Under the pieces are notes generated by a model. It was not told the origin of the DNA. It saw only the letters and a list, made by a program, of their open reading frames with translations, and did not search any database. This document shows, piece after piece, positions 25,497-32,000 of a stretch of 32,000 nucleotides of DNA. Location of the stretch: NCBI RefSeq assembly GCF_000009705.1, contig NC_003272.1:5400001-5432000 (forward strand), in the 5' to 3' direction. Source of the DNA: Nostoc sp. PCC 7120 = FACHB-418. GTDB lineage: Bacteria > Cyanobacteriota > Cyanobacteriia > Cyanobacteriales > Nostocaceae. A program made the position numbers and the translations under genes. Each line of letters begins with the position of its first letter. Within the stretch, counting starts at the first letter, position 1.

Positions 25497-26954
25497 ATGT
25501 CGGAAACTGTAGAAATCGAACGTCATCGAGCTGCGATCGCTCGCACGGAAATCTCTCGTCCTGTACGATTGGCTATAGAATGGGCAATCCTGAACCCAGA
25601 CAAGACTTTTTTTGACTATGGCTGTGGTTATGGTGGCGATGTCCAGCGTGTAGCTAACCTTGGCTACACCAGTACAGGTTGGGATCCGTACTACTATCCT
25701 GATGCAGCCATTAACCCCGCCGATGTGGTGAATTTGGGTTACGTCCTCAACGTCATCGAAGACCAAGAAGAACGCCGCCAAAGCCTCATCCAAGCCTGGG
25801 AACTCACTCGCAACGTTTTAATCGTCGCCGCCCAAGTATTAATTAACGCTCCCAGTAAAGCTCAACTGGCTTACAGTGACGGTATTGTCACCAGTCGTAA
25901 TACTTTTCAAAAATATTACGAACAACAAGAACTGAAAAAATATATTGATGAAGTCTTAAACGTTGAGGCTGTCCCTGTGGCGCTTGGGGTTTATTTTGTC
26001 TTCCGTGATGAAGCCGAAAAAGAAAGCTTCAAAGCCATCCGTTTCTTTTCTCGCACCTCTACACCGCGAGTCCGCATTCCGGTAAAACGGTTTGAAGACT
26101 ATCAAGAACAACTCGCGCCCCTCATGGAATTTTTCACCAAACGGGGTAGACTGCCAGTAAAAGGAGAACTAGCCACCGCACCAGAATTACTGGGTGAATT
26201 TGGCAACTTCCGCCGGGCTTTCGCAGTTGTCCTGCAAGCCACCGATGAGGCAGAATGGGATGCGATCGCCTATCGTCGTTCTTTAGATATTCAAGTTTAC
26301 CTTGCCCTCACCCACTTTGATAAACGTCCCAAATTCTCCCAACTAGCGCCAGAAATGCGCCACGACATCAAAGCTTTCTTTGGCAGCTACGAGGAAGCCT
26401 GTAATGTTGCCGACCAAAAACTCTTTAGTTTAGGTCAACCAAAAGTAGTCCAGACAGCCTGTGACAAAAGCAAAATCGGTAAACATACACGAGGCGCTTT
26501 ATACGTCCACGTTTCTGCATTAGCAGCCCTTGACCCCTTGCTACGAATTTACGAAGGTTGTGCGAGCCGTACCATTGGGCGTGTCGATGGAGCTACCCTA
26601 ATCAAATATTACACCGACCAACCGCAAATATCCTATCTGTTTTATCCAGACTTCGACACAGACCCCCACCCATCCTTAAAAGCCAGTATCACAATTGACT
26701 TAAAAACACTGTATGTAACTCACCGCGACTATAGCACCAGAGCCAATCCACCTGTACTTCACCGTAAGGAAACTTTTGTTACTCCCAACTATCCCCTGTA
26801 TGAACAATTTGCTAAACTCACCCAACAAGAGCAGGAATTAGGACTACTCCAACAGAAAAGCGAAATTGGTACTCGTGAAGGTTGGGAAAAATGCCTCGCT
26901 GCTCACGGTGTAGAAATTAGGGGACATGAAATTCATGTGATTCGGGAAGATTAA
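25497..26954 (+). CDS. Homolog of the DNA phosphorothioation-associated putative methyltransferase family
   Basis: The N-terminus RHRAAIARTEISRPVRLA...FFDYGCGYGGDVQRV...GWDPYY (a SAM motif I-like DYGCGYGGD), together with the C-terminal GALYVHVSAL...LLRIYEGCA...ISYLFYPDFDTDPHP...NPPVLHRKETFV, matches my memory of this TIGRFAMs family. No dnd genes are in the window. Confidence 0.6.
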   Translation: MSETVEIERHRAAIARTEISRPVRLAIEWAILNPDKTFFDYGCGYGGDVQRVANLGYTSTGWDPYYYPDAAINPADVVNLGYVLNVIEDQEERRQSLIQAWELTRNVLIVAAQVLINAPSKAQLAYSDGIVTSRNTFQKYYEQQELKKYIDEVLNVEAVPVALGVYFVFRDEAEKESFKAIRFFSRTSTPRVRIPVKRFEDYQEQLAPLMEFFTKRGRLPVKGELATAPELLGEFGNFRRAFAVVLQATDEAEWDAIAYRRSLDIQVYLALTHFDKRPKFSQLAPEMRHDIKAFFGSYEEACNVADQKLFSLGQPKVVQTACDKSKIGKHTRGALYVHVSALAALDPLLRIYEGCASRTIGRVDGATLIKYYTDQPQISYLFYPDFDTDPHPSLKASITIDLKTLYVTHRDYSTRANPPVLHRKETFVTPNYPLYEQFAKLTQQEQELGLLQQKSEIGTREGWEKCLAAHGVEIRGHEIHVIRED

Positions 26955-27050
26955 GAAAACCCTGATGCTCGTGGAAGTTACTAACACCATTTAGATTAAC
27001 TATGGCAATATAACGGCAATGCGCTCTGGTAAAAAGGAAAAGTATAAACG

Positions 27051-28559
27051 ATGAGAGAAGTTCAAGCACTGCGACAAGCCTTTCAAAGTCGCAAAATGGG
27101 AGCGCTACTACTGCTAGGTTTTGCATCTGGGTTGCCTTTGTTCTTGACTAGTAGAACATTGCAGCTATGGATGCAGGATGCCAAAGTTGATTTAGGAAAA
27201 ATCACCTTATTTGGGTTGTTGGCTTTGCCTTATTCCCTAAAATTTCTGTGGTCGCCCTTATTAGATAGATTTGTCCCACCACTTTTAGGAGCTAGACGGG
27301 GTTGGTTAATATGCACCCAAATTGGGTTAACATTAGCGATCGCTGCCTTAGCATTACAACAACCATCTCAAAGTGACCAAGTACTGCAAATCCTGGCTAT
27401 CAACTGTCTCATCATTACTTTTTTGAGCGCTACCCAAGACATCGCCGGAGATGCTTACCGTACCGATATTTTAAACCCCCTCGAAGCTGAACCTGGTGCA
27501 TCAGTTTGGGTGCTAGGTTATCGCATAGCCTTGTTTATCACCAGTTCCCTAGCGATAGTTTTAGCCGACTATATTCCCTGGAATGGCGTTTACTTACTTA
27601 TGGCTGTTTTCATGGCGGGGAGTATTTTAACTACCTTGTGGTCGCCGCCAGAACCAGAAATCCGCAACGCTATTGAAAAGTATGCACCTATATCTGTTAA
27701 AGACGTTATTTTTATCGTCTTAATCACAGTCTTAGTTGCGGGATTAATTGGCGGTGTCTTTGTCGGTTATATTGCTCTGCCTGTATTTTATTGGTTATTG
27801 GCGAGTTTAATAGTCGCTTGGATTGTCACCTCCTGGCTATTACCCATAGAACTTTTAGGAGAAGTCACAGAAGATAGTCCTCCCCAAAATTTGCAAGCTG
27901 CAATTTTTCTCCCCTTCAAAGAATTTTTTCACAGATTTGGCTTAACTCAAGCCAGCGTCATCCTGATTTTTATTATCCTTTATAAATTAGGTGACTCCCT
28001 AGTAGGTATTACCGCCAACCTGTTCCTGCGAGAAATTGCTTTTACCAAAACTGAGATTGGGGCAATTCAGGCTGGTATGGGTTTTATCGCCACAACTATC
28101 GGCGTATTAGCTGGTGGCGTAATCATGACGAAAATCCACCTCAATCGCAGTTTGTGGATCTTTGGTATTCTTCAATTACTGAGCAACTTAGGTTATTATG
28201 CACTAGCCGTTGCTGGCAAAAATTATTCACTTCTAGTCTTGGCAGTGAATATCGAAAACTTCAGTGCAGGATTAGTGACAGTTGCTACAGTAGCATTCTT
28301 AATGAACCTTTGTAACCATCGCTTTACTACTACTCAATTCGCTTTATTCTCTAGCTTAATGGCTATTAGTAGAGACGTTTTATCTGCACCAGCAGGAGAT
28401 TTGGCTAAAGCCACAGGCTGGCCGGCATTTTTCTTGCTTACCTTAGCAGCAGCATTACCTGGATTGCTGCTTTTGCCTGTTGTCGCCCCTTGGAATCCTA
28501 AACCAGTGGCAATAAATAGACCAGGACTTGATGACGAGGATGTATGGGAAACCAAGTAG
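27051..28559 (+). CDS. ampG: AmpG-family muropeptide MFS permease
   Basis: LLLLGFASGLPLFLTSRTLQLWMQDAKVDLGKITLFGLLALPYSLKFLWSPLLDRFVPPLLGARRGW aligns closely with the E. coli AmpG N-terminus. It has multiple TM segments throughout and is 502 aa long. Confidence 0.88.
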   Translation: MREVQALRQAFQSRKMGALLLLGFASGLPLFLTSRTLQLWMQDAKVDLGKITLFGLLALPYSLKFLWSPLLDRFVPPLLGARRGWLICTQIGLTLAIAALALQQPSQSDQVLQILAINCLIITFLSATQDIAGDAYRTDILNPLEAEPGASVWVLGYRIALFITSSLAIVLADYIPWNGVYLLMAVFMAGSILTTLWSPPEPEIRNAIEKYAPISVKDVIFIVLITVLVAGLIGGVFVGYIALPVFYWLLASLIVAWIVTSWLLPIELLGEVTEDSPPQNLQAAIFLPFKEFFHRFGLTQASVILIFIILYKLGDSLVGITANLFLREIAFTKTEIGAIQAGMGFIATTIGVLAGGVIMTKIHLNRSLWIFGILQLLSNLGYYALAVAGKNYSLLVLAVNIENFSAGLVTVATVAFLMNLCNHRFTTTQFALFSSLMAISRDVLSAPAGDLAKATGWPAFFLLTLAAALPGLLLLPVVAPWNPKPVAINRPGLDDEDVWETK

Positions 28560-28951
28560 TGATTATCGTCGGCACATTTATTCTCTTACTCACAGGTTTG
28601 TTACTCGGCTATGTTCTTTCACAGTTAGTTCTAGGTTTTTTAGCGTTTAACCTCCTAACCTTTTTCGGAACAGTCAGCCTCATCTTGATTTTTGGCACTC
28701 TATATTATGTATTGTTCTGGCAATTGAAGCGGGAACAAACGCCAGTAATACCCGCAGAAATGCCCACCCAACTAGAAGAACAAACAACAATACCCGACAA
28801 TCATCTCAAAAACAAACTGATTTCCCGATTATCTGGTGATGTCGAATCAGCAGAAAGATTAATAGAGCAAGCAAGACAAAACTATCCAGGGATGCCAGAC
28901 AATTGGTATTGCGAGAGAGTCCTTGATGACCTAGACCGTGACACTCGTTAA
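28544..28951 (+). CDS. Small membrane protein with a conserved C-terminal soluble motif
   Basis: The ATG overlaps the ampG 3' end by 16 nt. Two TM helices (VVIIVGTFILLLTGLLLGYVL and FFGTVSLILIFGTLYYVLFW) are followed by SGDVESAERLIEQARQNYPGMPDNWYCERVLDDLDRD, a motif I recall recurring in small cyanobacterial proteins of unknown function. Confidence 0.55.
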   Translation: MGNQVVIIVGTFILLLTGLLLGYVLSQLVLGFLAFNLLTFFGTVSLILIFGTLYYVLFWQLKREQTPVIPAEMPTQLEEQTTIPDNHLKNKLISRLSGDVESAERLIEQARQNYPGMPDNWYCERVLDDLDRDTR

Positions 28952-28992
28952 TTACGCATGAAAACGAAAAATCAAAGGTTTGGAAAAGGGTT

Positions 28993-29056
28993 TAGGGGTA
29001 TAGGGGTGTAGGGGTGTAAATATTTAAAACTATTACACACTTACTCCCTTACACCC
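28993..29056. repeat. Inverted octamer arrays forming an imperfect long hairpin
   Basis: TAGGGGTA TAGGGGTG TAGGGGTG (28993-29016) faces TTACACAC TTACTCCC TTACACCC (29033-29056). The innermost GTGTAA/TTACAC pairs perfectly. It lies downstream of the 135-aa gene and may act as a terminator. Confidence 0.5.
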
Positions 29057-29196
29057 AGTCTTAACAGATAACCTGGGTGCGTAAGTCCGGAATCTTTGGT
29101 TTCTCATGCCCAAATATAGCTAAAATAAGTCAAGTAAAATTTACAAATCTTTGATTAGGTCGTCTCATAACGCCTGATCCAGTGAAGAATCAAAAT

Positions 29197-29370
29197 ATGG
29201 CTATATTCAGACAATACATCGCCCCTTTACTAGTAGTACTAGTATTTATATTTGCCCTAGTTGCAGTCAGCGCCCGCATCTTCTTACCCTCAGATATGGC
29301 CGCACCAGCACCTATTGAAGAGGTAGGTGTCAGTTTTGTACCAATTAGCGATTTTCCCATAGTCCTGTGA
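29197..29370 (+). CDS. Small single-TM protein (57 aa from the ATG)
   Basis: MAIFRQYIAPLLVVLVFIFALVAVSARIFLP... contains one clear TM helix. The ORF-track start at 29182 is GTG; I prefer the ATG at 29197. No strong Shine-Dalgarno sequence. Confidence 0.4.
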   Translation: MAIFRQYIAPLLVVLVFIFALVAVSARIFLPSDMAAPAPIEEVGVSFVPISDFPIVL

Positions 29371-29393
29371 GGGAGCAGGGGGGAGGTAGAGAA

Positions 29394-29442
29394 CTATGGA
29401 CTATGGACTATGGACTAATGACAAATGACCAATGACAAATGA
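29394..29442. repeat. Heptamer array (CTATGGA x3, then CTAATGA CAAATGA CCAATGA CAAATGA)
   Basis: Seven 7-nt units read directly from the sequence. The last unit contains the GNAT start codon (29439-29441). Confidence 0.8.
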
Positions 29443-30020
29443 CTATTTATCATCTTCGACGCGGCTCAACCTTGGAGCGATCGCAACTCGTCAAATTCAT
29501 CCAGCGTACTTACCAAGAGTTGTTCCCCCAACAAAAAGAATTTGCTCATCTAGCAATAACCGTTGAGCAATACTTTTCCCAAGACACACCTTTGTGGTGG
29601 GTCGATTTTTCTCATGAGGAATCGAGGGCAGAATTAGGAAGCATGACATGGGTAGAGTCTTTGAATATTTCCTCCCCTCTGCTCCCGAAGTTCGCCCGGA
29701 GGGAAACCCTCCTTGCGACTTCTCTTCCTGCTCCCTGCTCCCCTGCCTCTTCTCCTGTGGCTTGTCTATGGATGGGAAATGCGATAGATCAAATTAAAGG
29801 CGATCGCCATGCTCATATTTTTTTGCTGTATGTCGTCCCAGAACATCGCAGACGCGGGATTGCTACAGCATTAATGCAATATGCAGAAAATTGGGCAAAG
29901 GAAAGAGGCGATCGCCAAATTGCATTACAAGTATTTCAATCAAACCCACCAGCCATAAATCTTTACAATCACTTAGGTTATCAAACCCAATCCCTCTGGA
30001 TGGTAAAGAAAATTAATTAG
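29439..30020 (+). CDS. GNAT-family N-acetyltransferase with an internal low-complexity insertion
   Basis: The acetyl-CoA binding core is LLYVVPEHRRRGIATALMQYAENWAKERG...INLYNHLGYQ. Residues ~78-106 (SSPLLPKFARRETLLATSLPAPCSPASSP) are encoded by a hairpin-plus-heptamer repeat element at 29671-29755. Confidence 0.82.
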   Translation: MTIYHLRRGSTLERSQLVKFIQRTYQELFPQQKEFAHLAITVEQYFSQDTPLWWVDFSHEESRAELGSMTWVESLNISSPLLPKFARRETLLATSLPAPCSPASSPVACLWMGNAIDQIKGDRHAHIFLLYVVPEHRRRGIATALMQYAENWAKERGDRQIALQVFQSNPPAINLYNHLGYQTQSLWMVKKIN

Positions 30021-30044
30021 TCAGCAGTCAACAGTCTCACTAAT
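30017..30044. repeat. STRR-type heptamers (TTAGTCA GCAGTCA ACAGTCT CACTAAT)
   Basis: Read directly from the sequence. The array contains the GNAT stop codon (30018-20) and resembles the CAACAGT STRR class. Confidence 0.65.
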
Positions 30045-30166
30045 TCCAAATTCATCGCGTGTGAGATGGATCGGAAAGTGTACAATTATTTAACCCATAA
30101 CAACAAAGTTTTAAATAATTAGCACGGGGGGTTTATATAAATCTCACTCGCGCGTGCAAGAGAAAT

Positions 30167-30925
30167 ATGTATGACGAAGAAGACCTAAGCCTACTCGATA
30201 TCGAGGAGGAGTTAGAAAGCCCCTTAGATAAGATAGAACCGATTACGGCTGAGTCAGAAATACCAAAGCCTGACCCAGATGAAATGCTAGCGCTCCTAGA
30301 CAATCCGCAACCACAAAAACGGATGTTAGCAGCTCGCGCTTTTTGCGATATCGAAGACTCACGCGCTACGCCAATTTTGATTCGTCTTTTGAGTGATAAC
30401 TGTCCACTGGTACGAGTGAGTGCATCCTATGGCATCGGTCGTAATCCCAGCGCAGATGCAGTTGAACCATTAATTGCCCAACTGTATCGAGATTTGAATG
30501 GCTACGTCAGAAAAGGTGTTGTTTGGGCATTAGGTAACTGCCACGATCGCCGTTGTTTAGCACCCCTAGCCGATGCTCTCAGAACGGATATTTCCGCCGT
30601 GCGCCTTTGGTCTGCTAGCGCCTTAGCCCAGATGACAGGAGTTGGCTATGAGGCGATCGTTGGTGCAATCCCACCACTAATTGAAGCTCTAGTACAAGAT
30701 ACAGTAGCCGCAGTGCGGAGTAACAGCGCGTGGTCAATTGGGCAATTGTGTAAAGAACTGCCTTCTAATATAGTTTACGCTACAGCGATCGACGCTTTAA
30801 TTCAAGCCTTCGCCGAAGACAAAGACTTAGGTGTGCGCGAAGATGCGAAAGCCTCATTATTAGGTGTAGGCGACCCCCGTGGCTTGCAACTGATTGAAAC
30901 CTTAGAACAAGAAGGCTGGTTTTAG
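30167..30925 (+). CDS. HEAT-repeat protein (phycobilisome-lyase-type HEAT-like repeats)
   Basis: Repeated units of the form xxRxxAAxALGxIxDxRAxxxLIxxL are present: MLAARAFCDIEDSRATPILIRLL, VRVSASYGIGRN...AVEPLIAQL, VRKGVVWALGNCHDRRCLAPLADAL, VRLWSASALAQM and VRSNSAWSIGQL. Confidence 0.82.
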   Translation: MYDEEDLSLLDIEEELESPLDKIEPITAESEIPKPDPDEMLALLDNPQPQKRMLAARAFCDIEDSRATPILIRLLSDNCPLVRVSASYGIGRNPSADAVEPLIAQLYRDLNGYVRKGVVWALGNCHDRRCLAPLADALRTDISAVRLWSASALAQMTGVGYEAIVGAIPPLIEALVQDTVAAVRSNSAWSIGQLCKELPSNIVYATAIDALIQAFAEDKDLGVREDAKASLLGVGDPRGLQLIETLEQEGWF

Positions 30926-30970
30926 GGTGTAGGGGTGTAGGGAAAGCAGGAGAGGATAGAAAAGAAAAGA

Positions 30971-31040
30971 CCAATGACAACTGACTATTGACTCTTACAA
31001 CTCCCCAATCCCCAGTCCCCAATCCCCAGTCCCCACTCAC
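30971..31040. repeat. STRR1-type heptamer array (10 units including CAATCCC CAGTCCC CAATCCC CAGTCCC)
   Basis: This is the CCCCA(A/G)T class read in a shifted register. It fills the spacer between the convergent HEAT-repeat and cupin genes. Shorter TAGGGTG/TAGGGGTG units lie at 30923-30944. Confidence 0.85.
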
Positions 31041-31042
31041 CT

Positions 31043-31450
31043 CTACTTATTCTCAACCCCAGGCTTAACCAAATTTAAGTCATAAGGACGCTCTGTATCG
31101 TCCTCACCTAAATATTCACCATTTTGAATTTCTAGAATTACTAACGGGATAGACCCTGGGTTATCTACTTTATGTAGTGTTGCGGCTGGTACATAAGTTG
31201 ACTGATTACGACCTAGCAAAACTTCATCATCGCCACAAGTCACCTTAGCAACACCAGAGACTACCACCCAATGTTCATTACGGTGATAATGGATTTGGGG
31301 TTTAATACCATGTCTAGGCTTGATTTCAATGCGACTAATTCTGTAGCTTTCTCCCTCTTCAATTACCTCCACATTACCCCAGTAACGTGAACCTGAGTGT
31401 GAGGAAGAATCATTAGCCTCTAACTGCCCATTGTTTTCACTCTGAGTCAT
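31043..31450 (-). CDS. Cupin-domain protein resembling the C-terminal cupin of type II phosphomannose isomerase
   Basis: RYWGNVEVIEEGESYRISRIEIKPRHGIKPQIHYHRNEHWVVVSGVAKVTCGDDEVLL...TYVPAATLHKVDNPG carries the two cupin motifs. The ORF-track start at 31456 is TTG; I prefer the ATG at 31450 (MTQSENNG). Confidence 0.82.
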   Translation of the reverse strand: MTQSENNGQLEANDSSSHSGSRYWGNVEVIEEGESYRISRIEIKPRHGIKPQIHYHRNEHWVVVSGVAKVTCGDDEVLLGRNQSTYVPAATLHKVDNPGSIPLVILEIQNGEYLGEDDTERPYDLNLVKPGVENK

Positions 31451-31629
31451 AACCAAACTTCTCAGCTAAAAGATTATTAATGTTTTCAGGTAATTTAACT
31501 TAAACCAGAGAAAACCAAGAACAAGAGGTGCAATATTATTTGATGATTACTAATGCTCTCAGTCTAGTCTAGTCCATAAATTGTATCTAAATTTAAACAT
31601 GGAATAATTCCTGTTTTTCTCTCTAATCT

Positions 31630-32000
31630 CTAACCCCCTGTATATTGAATTCGGTAAATGCGATCGTTTGCTTCTTCTGTAACTAATAGACTACCGTCAG
31701 GTAATACAAGTAAACCTACAGGTCGCCCCCAAGTGGTTGGTATATCAGGGTCTAGCATAAATCCAGTGAGAAAATCTTCATAGTAACCTTGCGGTCTTCC
31801 TTGGCTATTAAAGGGAACAAATACTACTTTATATCCAGTACCGCGATCGCGGTTCCAAGAACCTCGAAAAGCCACAAAAGCACCGTTACGATATCTTTGA
31901 GGAAAAGTTTGACCATCATAAAATTGCAAGCCCAATGCAGCTGAGTGAGCTTGAAACAAGACATCTGGGTTACGGGTACGCGCTGCTAAATCTGGGCGCT
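31630..32000 (-). CDS. PQQ-dependent sugar (glucose/sorbosone) dehydrogenase family protein; C-terminal part only, the 5' end is off the window
   Basis: FRGSWNRDRGTGYKVVFVPF...GRPVGLLVLPDGSLLVTEEANDRIYRIQY is the typical last beta-propeller blade of this family. The ORF-track start at 31959 is an internal TTG, and the frame stays open to position 32000. Confidence 0.78.
   Translation of the reverse strand, partial: RPDLAARTRNPDVLFQAHSAALGLQFYDGQTFPQRYRNGAFVAFRGSWNRDRGTGYKVVFVPFNSQGRPQGYYEDFLTGFMLDPDIPTTWGRPVGLLVLPDGSLLVTEEANDRIYRIQYTGG

Noticed and set aside
25464-25793. A 109-aa antisense ORF overlapping the start of the methyltransferase gene
   Set aside because: The sense-strand ORF is long, with recognisable SAM-binding and family motifs. 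The antisense product has no features.
30780-31040. An 86-aa minus-strand ORF beginning in the STRR1 array
   Set aside because: The N-terminus (GDWGLGTGDWG) is simply translated CCCCAGT/CCCCAAT repeats. The rest is antisense to the HEAT-repeat gene.
1-32000. Search for tRNA, rRNA, transposase, integrase or toxin-antitoxin pairs
   Set aside because: I found no cloverleaf-like sequence with a GTTCGAATC-type T-arm, no rRNA-like stretches, no DDE or tyrosine-recombinase ORFs, and no convincing small two-gene cassettes by eye.

Overview
This 32-kb window is chromosomal DNA from a filamentous cyanobacterium of the Nostoc/Anabaena type. Three things support that: roughly thirty copies of the HIP1 octamer GCGATCGC (counted by eye), STRR-type heptamer arrays in most intergenic spacers, and an NblA protein I recognise as the Anabaena/Nostoc form. 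I saw no rRNA, tRNA, CRISPR array or intact transposase. From left to right the window contains: (1) a redox cluster of a thioredoxin-reductase-like flavoprotein, a PetC Rieske paralog, a type I sulfide:quinone oxidoreductase and a ferritin-like DUF2202 protein; (2) a signalling neighbourhood around nblA, with an ABC1 kinase, a PP2C phosphatase, nblA and a Hanks Ser/Thr kinase; (3) anmK; (4) a PEP-CTERM protein; (5) a ~3.7-kb AT-rich, gene-poor stretch holding a secreted DUF4360 protein, repeat elements and a gene relic; (6) a same-strand block of NfeD, flotillin, flotillin, a sigma-like factor, DUF1822, and a CHAT protease joined by one TM helix to two periplasmic LivK-type binding domains; (7) an orphan homolog of the DNA-phosphorothioation-associated methyltransferase; (8) ampG and small membrane proteins; (9) a GNAT acetyltransferase with an in-frame repeat insertion; (10) a HEAT-repeat protein, a cupin and a partial PQQ-type sugar dehydrogenase. 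The best candidate for an undescribed system is the sigma-like / DUF1822 / CHAT-receptor trio at 19842-25398, which may be co-expressed with the upstream NfeD-flotillin genes. All calls rest on reading the translations and the sequence by eye; no database search was possible.
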